A stretch of DNA of 56,332 nt from a virus (Duplodnaviria; Caudoviricetes). Each line of letters begins with the position of its first letter. Positions within the stretch are counted from its first letter, which is position 1. The notes under the pieces were generated by a model. That model was not told the DNA's origin. It worked only from the letters and a program-made list of their open reading frames with translations, and searched no databases. Positions 7,616-15,956 of this stretch are shown one piece after another. The stretch covers positions 1 to 56,332 of the IMG/VR virus record IMGVR_UViG_3300029787_000057; one strand, given 5' to 3'. Made by a program: the position numbers and the translations under genes.

Positions 7616-7945
7616 ATGGCAATGGAAATGGCAACACAAGAAGACTACGAAGCGTTGGAGATGGAACACGGCGGCACCGACTATCATAAGTATTGCATCG
7701 TCATACAGGGAAGTGATGGCGGCATGGGGATTGTAGGCGAGTTTGGCACCCCAAAAGATGCGGCAGTTTACTACAAAGAAATGATCGAGAAAGACGCAGA
7801 GCCAAATGACGTTGTAACGATTCATCCAATAACTATGGTGTCCAGACTCTATACCCCAGAAAGAAAAGACGAGCTTTTAGTTCGTAACGAGGATGGAAAC
7901 TATTACGTTGCAGACAAAGACATACACATCAACAAGGGAGAATAG
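7616..7945 (+). CDS. Hypothetical acidic protein
   Basis: Conserved RBS motif. Confidence 0.8.
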   Translation: MAMEMATQEDYEALEMEHGGTDYHKYCIVIQGSDGGMGIVGEFGTPKDAAVYYKEMIEKDAEPNDVVTIHPITMVSRLYTPERKDELLVRNEDGNYYVADKDIHINKGE

Positions 7946-8160
7946 TGATGAAAGTATTTGATATATCCGATGACCCCCAATCTATCTTAGGCCACTTGAT
8001 GAATACAGCTATGACTAGATCATGGCGCGATAAAGTCGAGCAGCAAGGATACTTACCAGAAGCAGCCGACGAGCAGATGGAACGTTTATACGGCGATCAA
8101 TGGATTGCTGCTAGAGAAAGTATCTGGCAGCAAGTGGACAACGAGATGGAGAACAAGTGA
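7945..8160 (+). CDS. Hypothetical early protein
   Basis: Coupled ORF. Confidence 0.75.
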   Translation: MMKVFDISDDPQSILGHLMNTAMTRSWRDKVEQQGYLPEAADEQMERLYGDQWIAARESIWQQVDNEMENK

Positions 8161-8528
8161 TGGCGAAAGAGAAAGCAGAAGAGAGCGAGATAGCTGATCT
8201 CAAGGAGGAGATCAAAGAACTGCAAAAGTGTGTTGAGGAGATTAAAGAACTGAAAAGAAGATTGGACACACAGAAACACATTATTCAAGAGCAATACGCA
8301 TTGAGATACCGAGGCGACAAGATTGGGGATATTTTAGGAGACATATCTCTCAAGGATCTTTTAGAGATCATTATGCACCAGCGGCACAATATCGTTTTCA
8401 AACATTATCCAGCAAACGGAGATTATGGTTATCTGATTGATCTGGATTTAGATTCGTCACCATATGTCTGCCCAGATGGAGCACTGCATCTTGAATTCAG
8501 ATACTCACCCGACAACTACGAAACTTAA
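8157..8528 (+). CDS. Hypothetical protein with N-terminal coiled coil
   Basis: Heptad-rich N-terminus; RBS motif. Confidence 0.75.
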   Translation: MMAKEKAEESEIADLKEEIKELQKCVEEIKELKRRLDTQKHIIQEQYALRYRGDKIGDILGDISLKDLLEIIMHQRHNIVFKHYPANGDYGYLIDLDLDSSPYVCPDGALHLEFRYSPDNYET

Positions 8529-8546
8529 CCAACAGGAGAACTAAAA

Positions 8547-8813
8547 ATGGAAAAACCAATAACAAAATTCTTTACTTTCAAGTCTCTAAAAGACGCTAAC
8601 GAGAAAGCAAAATCCCTCAACTTGAACAGGACTTTGAGCAAGAAGTTTTTTAAAGAGCTTGATCGTTCAAAGGTCTACCCGATTAGCTTCACGATGACTC
8701 ATAACGATGATCAAGTGAGGGTTCGTTTTGTTCATGATGAGCATGGCACTGAACTAAGCGCGGCTTGGATTGATATGACGTTTGAAGATTTTTTCGCATT
8801 ACCATCAGCATAG
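8547..8813 (+). CDS. Hypothetical early protein
   Basis: Conserved RBS motif. Confidence 0.8.
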   Translation: MEKPITKFFTFKSLKDANEKAKSLNLNRTLSKKFFKELDRSKVYPISFTMTHNDDQVRVRFVHDEHGTELSAAWIDMTFEDFFALPSA

Positions 8814-8822
8814 GAGAATTAA

Positions 8823-9101
8823 GTGATGAACTTATTTAAAGCACCGATTATGTTTTCTTTAACCATTGATGAGATAGAACTTCTCATGGATGTTTTGAAC
8901 AGGGCCGAGAGTGATCTGAGCGGAGTGGCAGATGTGCCAGAACGTGATGATGGCATAGAGGGATACGCCGAGTATGCCCTGATTACTATGCACTCTAGGT
9001 TGACGAGCCTCTTAAGTAAGCTTGAGGATCAATCTGGTTTGGATTGGGAGTTTGACGTAGCGACTCAAAGATACTTTCATGTCCAAGATACTGGAGTGTG
9101 A
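8823..9101 (+). CDS. Hypothetical acidic protein
   Basis: RBS motif variant. Confidence 0.75.
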   Translation: MMNLFKAPIMFSLTIDEIELLMDVLNRAESDLSGVADVPERDDGIEGYAEYALITMHSRLTSLLSKLEDQSGLDWEFDVATQRYFHVQDTGV

Positions 9102-9102
9102 T

Positions 9103-9285
9103 ATGAAAACTAGAGAGCTAACCCTAACCGACGATCAGGTTATTTCTTTGATTGAATGTGTCAGGTTTGGAATCAACTCAAAAGACATGGAACTCTTTGA
9201 GAATGATCTATCTGATATTAAATCCGAGTTAGAAGTGATCCTGCGATTCATGGAAGCAGATCGCAAAGAGATTGTGTCGGCATAA
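9103..9285 (+). CDS. Hypothetical small protein
   Basis: ATG 9103 with GGAG RBS; last gene of the early block. Confidence 0.7.
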   Translation: MKTRELTLTDDQVISLIECVRFGINSKDMELFENDLSDIKSELEVILRFMEADRKEIVSA

Positions 9286-9297
9286 AACCCAAGGCCA

Positions 9298-9402
9298 GCG
9301 GAGAGGTCAGGGGGTTCTCACAATACTACGGTGTTGTTTCTAGTGAAACAGGAGAGATGAAGTGGATCCGACTAACATCATCCCAATCTCTCCATTCTCC
9401 GC
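9298..9402. other. Multi-stem structured element at the convergent early/replication junction
   Basis: GCGGAGA/TCTCCGC closing stem; inner GGAGAGAT/ATCTCTCC, CAATAC/GTGTTG and TGTTTC/GAAACA stems. Confidence 0.5.
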
Positions 9403-9403
9403 A

Positions 9404-9892
9404 CTAACCTACCCTTAAATATCTGCGATCAATAAGATCTAGACCCACCTTCAAAATGAGCAGCTCGTCAGCATTTACAGGGCGATCATCACACACAACA
9501 TTGACTACCATCTCAGCACCCGACCGACCGATCTCTCCACTCATCAGGTTCATGATTCTGGAAAGCTTCAGTATCCCGTAGTTATATATATCCTTTGACC
9601 CACCACCACCAACTGCCATCAGGTTTGGAGTCTTTACAAACAGACCAGCATTAACGGCAACGGTCAGTAGATACTCTGCTGCTTTGTGCTGATTCATGTC
9701 TATGTAATCATCCAGCAACAAGCGATCAATCATCTTCTGATCGGCAACCCTAGCTCTACCTATCGCCTCACCTTCAGGCTCTTCTAGTATTACCTCGTGC
9801 TTTTTGTGGAGTTCTAGACTTCCAATGTCATTAAAAGTCCCACTCGTTTTCCGTTTCTTGGAAACTTCGCACCCCCTTAATATCAGGAACAC
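9404..9892 (-). CDS. Hypothetical protein downstream of the helicase
   Basis: 162 aa ORF; true start probably the internal GTG (VSKKRK). Confidence 0.7.
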   Translation of the reverse strand: MFLILRGCEVSKKRKTSGTFNDIGSLELHKKHEVILEEPEGEAIGRARVADQKMIDRLLLDDYIDMNQHKAAEYLLTVAVNAGLFVKTPNLMAVGGGGSKDIYNYGILKLSRIMNLMSGEIGRSGAEMVVNVVCDDRPVNADELLILKVGLDLIDRRYLRVG

Positions 9893-11579
9893 TTACCACA
9901 TTCGGCTCGTAGTATCTGCCATTAATGAAATTATAGTGTAACTCGCCCATCCCAACTGATCCAACCCATTTAAATCTGCTCTTCCAGCAGTGAACCTCAA
10001 TGTGCTCGTCTTCTCTATGGACTGTGATCCCACAATCTGCTTTGGCAAACCATGCCGCACTACCCGATATGTGATTGCCGTTTGGTATTGGGAACTTCCC
10101 CGAATCATTCGCTCTCATTTTTGCTGGATGTGCCACAAACCAAATATGCAAGTCATGAGATCTAGCAAACGTAACCATGCGAGTTAGCATTTCAGATATG
10201 GATTGATGCTCGTTCTCTGTAGCTACTTGGGCTATGTAATTGTATGGATCAACAATCAAACCCCTGCATCCTAGTCGCAGCACTGCTGACTTAGTGCGAT
10301 CAATGATTGACTCTATCGTTGACGGCTCTCCATCTCGGCTATCAAGAAATGCAAAATGATTGTTAACCCATTGTTTCGCTTGTGTTTTTTCATCGTCACT
10401 CATTCTCTGATGAGCACCATCAAAGAACGGTTTGCCGATATACTTCTCAGCTAGTTTTATAATGTGAAGTGCTGGGGGATTCTCAAAGGAGGCAACAGCA
10501 AACTTCCAATCATGATCTAATGCTAGGTTGACCATAACGGCATCAACCCACTCAGACTTACCTGATCCCGGTTGACCAGTGACAACCGTTAACTGTCCCG
10601 GCAAGACCGTGTAAATATCATCAAGACATCTGAAGCCAGTGGACTTACCGCCCATCAATCCCTTCTCGTAAAGAAAGTCTACATCCTCAGAGTAATCGTT
10701 GGCAGAATACACACCGACCAGTGGCACCGGCTCTGCTTGATCTATGCAATCAGATAATATTTCTTTCCCAAGATTAACGAGTATGTCGTTTGGATCTTTG
10801 GATCCTTCTGGATACTGCACCCGATAGCATTTAGCTCTACCGACTCGACGCTGTATCTCTTCAGCCAAAGCTTCTCCCGGCTCGTCGTTATCAACTGCCA
10901 ACACAATCTTTTCTGTTTGTTCTAGTAAATCTTTTGCAGCCCATAGATATGCAAACTTGCGATCTTCACTAGGCTCAACTTTACGATTGGATACCTTTTG
11001 TGGTGCTCCGTTGGGTACGCTTACTACGAGCGTGTCTGAGTCGGTTATAGAGCTTTTGATAGCTAGGACATCTATCTCCCCCTCAGTGATCACAATACGC
11101 TTATACGGCTCTTCACGCAGCTTCTTAGGCATCCAAAATGTTCTTGCTGCACCGTCTTGAGTAAAGAACTTGAAGTTAGTAGATCTCCACTTGATCGCTT
11201 CGTTGTCTTCATAGACGAATCCGATAGCTTGCATCTCGCCCTCATTGTGAAAATATTTAGTGCCAGATACGATCCGATAATCTTTTACGTCTTGGTAGTC
11301 TATCCCTCTCGTTTCTAAGTATTCTTTTATCATCCCCTCATCACTTTTCTTTGGCACCGAGATCGCTGTTACAGGACTCTTCCATACTGGTGCTCCACCC
11401 TTCTTGGCAGCACCCGATAGGCCACAGTGCCAACACTGATATAACACTCGATCAACCTCAACAGTGATCTGTAAATCACTCCTACGTTTCTTCCTGTCAT
11501 TGCTACACATGGGGCAGGGAACACGTTTCGTTTCTGTGTGAGAGGTGACAAATGCCTTTAGGTCTTCTTCGTTCATCAT
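9831..11579 (-). CDS. Bifunctional primase-helicase (T7 gp4/Twinkle-like)
   Basis: Zn ribbon CPMC..CWHC; TOPRIM ITEGEID and AVDND; Walker A GQPGSGKS; SFEN; IVDPYN; VAHPAK; ISGSA; K.RF. Confidence 0.95.
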   Translation of the reverse strand: MMNEEDLKAFVTSHTETKRVPCPMCSNDRKKRRSDLQITVEVDRVLYQCWHCGLSGAAKKGGAPVWKSPVTAISVPKKSDEGMIKEYLETRGIDYQDVKDYRIVSGTKYFHNEGEMQAIGFVYEDNEAIKWRSTNFKFFTQDGAARTFWMPKKLREEPYKRIVITEGEIDVLAIKSSITDSDTLVVSVPNGAPQKVSNRKVEPSEDRKFAYLWAAKDLLEQTEKIVLAVDNDEPGEALAEEIQRRVGRAKCYRVQYPEGSKDPNDILVNLGKEILSDCIDQAEPVPLVGVYSANDYSEDVDFLYEKGLMGGKSTGFRCLDDIYTVLPGQLTVVTGQPGSGKSEWVDAVMVNLALDHDWKFAVASFENPPALHIIKLAEKYIGKPFFDGAHQRMSDDEKTQAKQWVNNHFAFLDSRDGEPSTIESIIDRTKSAVLRLGCRGLIVDPYNYIAQVATENEHQSISEMLTRMVTFARSHDLHIWFVAHPAKMRANDSGKFPIPNGNHISGSAAWFAKADCGITVHREDEHIEVHCWKSRFKWVGSVGMGELHYNFINGRYYEPNVVSVPDIKGVRSFQETENEWDF

Positions 11580-11637
11580 TTTCTTCCATTTGACTGACTG
11601 TTATTTGTGTGCTAATTGTTTATAGGACACGCTCATT

Positions 11638-11729
11638 GAGATCGTTCTCTTACTAAGTAAGAAGAGAACATTCTCATCTAGATTGTTCTCATGAGATTGT
11701 TCTCCTTATTTTTTTAATAGATTGTTCTA
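11638..11729. repeat. Cluster of five 12-bp quasi-palindromic (G/T)AGA-N4-TCT(C/A) sites (iteron/operator-like)
   Basis: GAGATCGTTCTC 11638, GAGAACATTCTC 11664, TAGATTGTTCTC 11679, GAGATTGTTCTC 11693, TAGATTGTTCTA 11718. Confidence 0.7.
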
Positions 11730-11934
11730 CGAGCTTTTCCGCTCTGGCACCATCCTCACTGAGAATATCTGTTGCCATGCGTTTTAATTCTTCTGTATCT
11801 AAGCCAAGTGTTTTTGCGGTAGTGCCTAGCATCTGATCATCTAGGAAAAAAGAGCAAGCGGATCGGCGGTCTTTGCTGCTCTTGGAGGTGAGGTCTTTGA
11901 AGCTACGTTCAAGGACTGCAAGCGATAGACTCAA
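11689..11934 (-). CDS. Hypothetical protein
   Basis: ORF between rusA and the helicase, same strand. Confidence 0.65.
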   Translation of the reverse strand: MSLSLAVLERSFKDLTSKSSKDRRSACSFFLDDQMLGTTAKTLGLDTEELKRMATDILSEDGARAEKLVEQSIKKIRRTIS

Positions 11935-12274
11935 CTAGAATCTCCGCTCTAGGATTCTCTTTATCAAGACCATGATAAATATGCTTCTCTTTAATTTGGC
12001 GATCATTCTTATACGCTACCCCTTCCAGTAGATCCATGATCAGGCTTTCGTCTAGATCAGGTCTTCTGGTTGCGTAGTAGATAGTTGCTGTTAGTCTTAC
12101 ATCCCCCTCGATGAGTTCTTCTCTTTGAGGGCATTGGGCATCAAATGCTTTCTTGTAATCCAGAGCTTTCTTGGATTTCACAAACCTTGGTTTGCCACCG
12201 AAAGCCACTAACCTTCTACTGTTTGCTTTACTAGCTGGCTCTCCATATACTGTTATTTCGTAAGAGTTTGACAT
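11909..12274 (-). CDS. rusA: RusA-family Holliday junction resolvase
   Basis: GEPASKAN, RRPDLD, DLLEG..YKNDRQI, PRAEI motifs. Confidence 0.9.
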   Translation of the reverse strand: MSNSYEITVYGEPASKANSRRLVAFGGKPRFVKSKKALDYKKAFDAQCPQREELIEGDVRLTATIYYATRRPDLDESLIMDLLEGVAYKNDRQIKEKHIYHGLDKENPRAEILVESIACSP

Positions 12275-12296
12275 GATATGTTGGTTACTATACGAT
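12268..12296 (+). promoter_or_regulatory. Strong sigma70 promoter for the recombination operon
   Basis: TTGACA-17-TACGAT; lies within an inverted TTTGACA...TGTCAAA pair (12267-12303). Confidence 0.75.
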
Positions 12297-12315
12297 TGTC
12301 AAATAACTGGAGAAC

Positions 12316-12702
12316 GTGATGAGTAAGATTGGTAACTATGTTATTGCAATGGAGGAGGAAGGCAACTTCTTCTACAACGAAAAGGAAAAACGATATGAGC
12401 GAAGGCGTACTGAAAAGAAACGTAGATCACCCCGTCAGGGCGAAGATGCAACGTCTACCCCAGATACCATTCTCACAGATGAAATACCGAGACTGTTGGG
12501 AACTGGAAGTGGAGGAGGGTCAGTTTACGAGCAGGATCGCAGCAGTAAGGTCTTCCTACAAAAGATGGAGAGATGCAAACGAAGAGGACGAAAGGGAGTT
12601 CTCAATCGGAAAGAGCAACGATCAAGAAAACACTATCGCCGTATACTGTTACTCGGACAAGAGCCAAGAATCAGAAAGCTCTCAATCAACAGGCGTAAGT
12701 AA
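12316..12702 (+). CDS. Hypothetical basic protein (overlaps 12395-12778 in another frame)
   Basis: GGAGAAC RBS; stop coupled to the next ATG (TAATG). Confidence 0.5.
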   Translation: MMSKIGNYVIAMEEEGNFFYNEKEKRYERRRTEKKRRSPRQGEDATSTPDTILTDEIPRLLGTGSGGGSVYEQDRSSKVFLQKMERCKRRGRKGVLNRKEQRSRKHYRRILLLGQEPRIRKLSINRRK

Positions 12703-12778
12703 TGAAGCTGACGAACAAGTTCAACTTACCGGCACCGATAGTCGCGGCGTTATCGGAGAACAACTACACCAAGGGTGA
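12395..12778 (+). CDS. Hypothetical, probably small DNA-binding protein
   Basis: RNV..P...PFSQM...D.W...AVRS...RW pattern resembles small phage DNA-binding proteins; AAGGA RBS. Confidence 0.6.
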   Translation: MSEGVLKRNVDHPVRAKMQRLPQIPFSQMKYRDCWELEVEEGQFTSRIAAVRSSYKRWRDANEEDEREFSIGKSNDQENTIAVYCYSDKSQESESSQSTGVSNEADEQVQLTGTDSRGVIGEQLHQG

Positions 12779-13577
12779 GTCTCACCGATCAGTAACAACT
12801 CTGATTGATTCCCCACGAGTCAGGATTCTCAGGGAGCAATACGAAGATCAGATAGAGGAAGATGTATCTGAGATGATGTGGTCTGTGCTTGGCACTGCTA
12901 CCCACAACATCTTTGAGAACCACGCAGAGGGTGAATATGTTTCTGAAGAGCGACTCTTCGTAAAGAAAGATGGCTGGATTATATCGGGTGCCATTGATTT
13001 ACAGGACGAGAACGGGCCATCAGATTACAAAGTCACTAGCGTTTGGTCTGTCATCTTTGACAAGAAGGAATGGCACAACCAACTAAACGCATACGCTTGG
13101 TTGATGCGCCACGCAAAAGGTAGACCATCTAAAAGACTACGGATCATAGCGATACTCAGGGATTGGAAGCGCAGGGACGCAGAGACTAAAGACGATTATC
13201 CAGAGTCTCCGATCATGATCGTAGACATCCCCATGTGGACTGAGCAGGAGCAAGATGAATACATGGAGGAGCGCATCAGGATTCATCAGGAAGCAGAGTT
13301 ACGCCAGCTATCTGGAGAGCCTTTGCCCCCATGCAGTGATCATGAGAGATGGAAGAAGGAAGACTCCTATGCAGTTCGCAAGAAGACAAACAAAAGAGCA
13401 CTTAGAGTTTTTAGCTGCATGGATGATGCTAACGATTTTGTTGAGGCGAACAGTTTAGAAAAGGATCATGTTGTAGATCTACGTCAAGGCGTGGCTACTC
13501 GCTGCGATCAGAACTGGTGCCGTGTAGCTGAGTGGTGTGATCAATATCAATCAGAACTTGGAGTAAGCCATGTCTAA
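12702..13577 (+). CDS. Cas4-like PD-(D/E)xK exonuclease (recombination)
   Basis: GTATH, E.RL, GAIDL, DYK, QLNAY motifs plus C-terminal RC...C.V..WC cysteines. Confidence 0.88.
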   Translation: MKLTNKFNLPAPIVAALSENNYTKGESHRSVTTLIDSPRVRILREQYEDQIEEDVSEMMWSVLGTATHNIFENHAEGEYVSEERLFVKKDGWIISGAIDLQDENGPSDYKVTSVWSVIFDKKEWHNQLNAYAWLMRHAKGRPSKRLRIIAILRDWKRRDAETKDDYPESPIMIVDIPMWTEQEQDEYMEERIRIHQEAELRQLSGEPLPPCSDHERWKKEDSYAVRKKTNKRALRVFSCMDDANDFVEANSLEKDHVVDLRQGVATRCDQNWCRVAEWCDQYQSELGVSHV

Positions 13578-14439
13578 TGGACGTTTAGAGTTATTGCCAA
13601 GACAAACCAGTGGGGGATTTGTTTTTCATAACCCACCAACTATTAAGCTTGGCGCAACCACGCGAGAACAGTTAGAGCAAGCTTTAAGTAAAGAATTAGA
13701 TGAGGAGATGAAGAGGTTAGAAAAGATGGCTCTGGCTAATAAATTCAATCCCTCACAAAGTCACAAGGGAGAAACCTCTAACGAATTAGAAAGAAGAGCA
13801 TGGCAACATGAAAATATTTCGTATGACGAACACAGCGGGAGATGGATGGGATGCGGTAACACCGATTTAGACGAGTTCTTTGCACATTGCCATACAGCCC
13901 GTGAACATAGCTGTGATCGCAAGCTAGATGAAATATGCAGCTTGCTTAAAGATATTAAAAAGCGTATGGAACAGCCAGTGGTCTACAAAGATCGCGTGAT
14001 CGTTAAAAGATCGCCATACGAACCGAGGCCAGAATCTTTAGCTAAGTCTAAACGGATCAGTATCGGATCAGTTCTCAGGCCGTGTATTTATTTCTTGTAC
14101 GACGAAGACAAGATCATCTACATCGGACAATCCATCACGCCATACAGCAGAATAGCCGCACACAACAAGGATAAAAACTTTAGCTCTGTCAGGCTTTTTG
14201 CTTGCAGGAAAGACCGTCTGGATTATTGGGAAAGGATTCTCATCAAGAGGTATACGCCGCAACTAAATAAGGCACATAACAACGGTAAGCCAGCCAGAAT
14301 GAAAACCCCCAAGAAACAAAGATATGTTCACGGTGATCGGCAAGCGCAAAGACAAGTAGACCCTTTGAGGTTTGGTTTATCTAATCATGCGTCAATAAGT
14401 TTTCCTGCTCCGTCACCAAATACAGTCAAGGCTTTATAA
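13570..14439 (+). CDS. Protein with C-terminal GIY-YIG nuclease domain
   Basis: CIYFL...IIYIGQS....RI..H ... E..LI..Y.P.LN. Confidence 0.75.
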   Translation: MSNGRLELLPRQTSGGFVFHNPPTIKLGATTREQLEQALSKELDEEMKRLEKMALANKFNPSQSHKGETSNELERRAWQHENISYDEHSGRWMGCGNTDLDEFFAHCHTAREHSCDRKLDEICSLLKDIKKRMEQPVVYKDRVIVKRSPYEPRPESLAKSKRISIGSVLRPCIYFLYDEDKIIYIGQSITPYSRIAAHNKDKNFSSVRLFACRKDRLDYWERILIKRYTPQLNKAHNNGKPARMKTPKKQRYVHGDRQAQRQVDPLRFGLSNHASISFPAPSPNTVKAL

Positions 14440-14491
14440 CGTGCATATTGAATTCAGTTTAATTTACGACACAGAAACGGAGGAGGTTTCT

Positions 14492-14614
14492 ATGATGATT
14501 CCTACGGGAGATCTGGAAAATGACAGAGAAAAAATTGTAGCAGCCATATATGGGCTAAGAGATTTCTGTGATTTTTTCTTGGCAGGGACTGGGGATGAAG
14601 ATGCTAAACACTGA
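14492..14614 (+). CDS. Small hypothetical protein (40 aa, not in ORF track)
   Basis: GGAGGAGG RBS; MMIPTGDLENDREKIVAAIYGLRDFCDFF... Confidence 0.6.
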   Translation: MMIPTGDLENDREKIVAAIYGLRDFCDFFLAGTGDEDAKH

Positions 14615-14888
14615 TAAGAAGTTATATGAAAAGATGGTAGCGATTTGGTCTATAACAAAGATACCTATGCTTAACGGCGAGATCGTATCAGGAGAAGTCA
14701 GGTTCTCTTGGGCCAAAGGCCCGATAGTTAACCTAACTATGGAGCTATTCGAGAAGCTTGAGCCTATTGAAATAGTGCAACATTTGGAAAAAAAGATGGA
14801 TGAAAAATATGGAATCAATGGAAAGCGTTTCCGATCTGATTTCAGTGGGTACTTTACGCACCCATTCTCCTCTCAACGAACTAACTGA
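14595..14888 (+). CDS. Hypothetical protein
   Basis: ORF in operon orientation. Confidence 0.65.
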   Translation: MKMLNTDKKLYEKMVAIWSITKIPMLNGEIVSGEVRFSWAKGPIVNLTMELFEKLEPIEIVQHLEKKMDEKYGINGKRFRSDFSGYFTHPFSSQRTN

Positions 14889-14896
14889 GGAAACTT

Positions 14897-15646
14897 ATGG
14901 ATACAACAAAACTAATTGAAAATCTGATCGCAGCGCAGAAGGAGATCGAGAACGCCAACAGAACGGCGGTCAATGATTTCTTCAAGAGCAGAACAAAGAA
15001 GGATGGAAGCCCATACGCCACGCTAGAGGATGTCATAGAGGCTGTGAAGGATAAACTGCTAAAGCATGGCATATTGTACCAGCAGATCTCTGAGTCAGTA
15101 GATGGCGGCGTGTGCATTGAGACAGTCTTCTACGGACACGGAGCAGAACTTTCTACAGGCAAAATGTTTGTGCCAGCCGATAAACAAACCCCTCAAGGAT
15201 ACGGCAGTGCGTTGACATATGCTCGTCGTTACTCACTCAGTCTGGCTTGTGGTATCGGAGCAGATGATGACGATGGCAACAAGGCGACTCAGGCTGTTAA
15301 AGAGAATCCAGAAAGCGTTGCTAAAGACAAGGCACCGAAGGCTCCTGCTAAGAAAAAGTCTAGTGAAGACACTGGACTCACGTTGGCATCAGATAGCAGT
15401 AAGCCACAAGTAGTGGAAGCTGGAGACTACTGGTTGCCAAGGAATGAGGGAGATGCAAAGAAATTTGTAGAGAAGTGCAAAGAGATTATGTCTATGCACG
15501 ATGACATGGACAAGTGGTCTGGATATTACAGAGCTAACGCTGGGAGGATTGATGTATTGAAGGACAACTATCCAGATTTATACGAGGAGATTGGAGCAGC
15601 TTTCACTGCACAGAAGATGAAAATACAAGGAGAAGAAAATGCCTAA
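14897..15646 (+). CDS. erf: ERF-family single-strand annealing protein
   Basis: N.FF.S...YATLED; Q.YGSALTYARRYSL...GI..DDDDG signature. Confidence 0.93.
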   Translation: MDTTKLIENLIAAQKEIENANRTAVNDFFKSRTKKDGSPYATLEDVIEAVKDKLLKHGILYQQISESVDGGVCIETVFYGHGAELSTGKMFVPADKQTPQGYGSALTYARRYSLSLACGIGADDDDGNKATQAVKENPESVAKDKAPKAPAKKKSSEDTGLTLASDSSKPQVVEAGDYWLPRNEGDAKKFVEKCKEIMSMHDDMDKWSGYYRANAGRIDVLKDNYPDLYEEIGAAFTAQKMKIQGEENA

Positions 15647-15956
15647 TTATGATTTAAAAAAAGAGTCAAAGGGAAACCTATGGCCTAACAATGATCGGTC
15701 AGGAAAGATGCCCCACTACAGGGGCCATGTGACTGTGACTAAGGAACAGGCAAGGCACATCATGTCTCACATGAAGAATGGGGCAGACGAGGTGAAGATC
15801 ACCATAGCTGCTTGGGATAACACGGGCGATGATGGCAGTAGCTGGATGGGACTTAAAACAGAAACCCTGCCACCAGAAAATAGTGATGCGCCACCGCCTC
15901 CACCTCCTCCACCACCGCCACCTCAAGATGACTTTGAGGATGACATTCCGTTCTGA
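15639..15956 (+). CDS. ssb: Single-stranded DNA-binding protein (phage type)
   Basis: P.YRG.V, AAW, acidic C-terminal DDFEDDIPF tail; adjacent to erf. Confidence 0.75.
   Translation: MPNYDLKKESKGNLWPNNDRSGKMPHYRGHVTVTKEQARHIMSHMKNGADEVKITIAAWDNTGDDGSSWMGLKTETLPPENSDAPPPPPPPPPPPQDDFEDDIPF

Noticed and set aside
9298-9403. tRNA suggested by a 7-bp GCGGAGA/TCTCCGC-A acceptor-like stem
   Set aside because: No GTTC T-loop or D-loop in the right positions, and arm sizes do not fit
10407-10420. CTGATGAG resembling a hammerhead core (similar hits near 35077 and 47485)
   Set aside because: No stem II followed by GAAA and no matching stems I/III; all lie antisense within coding genes
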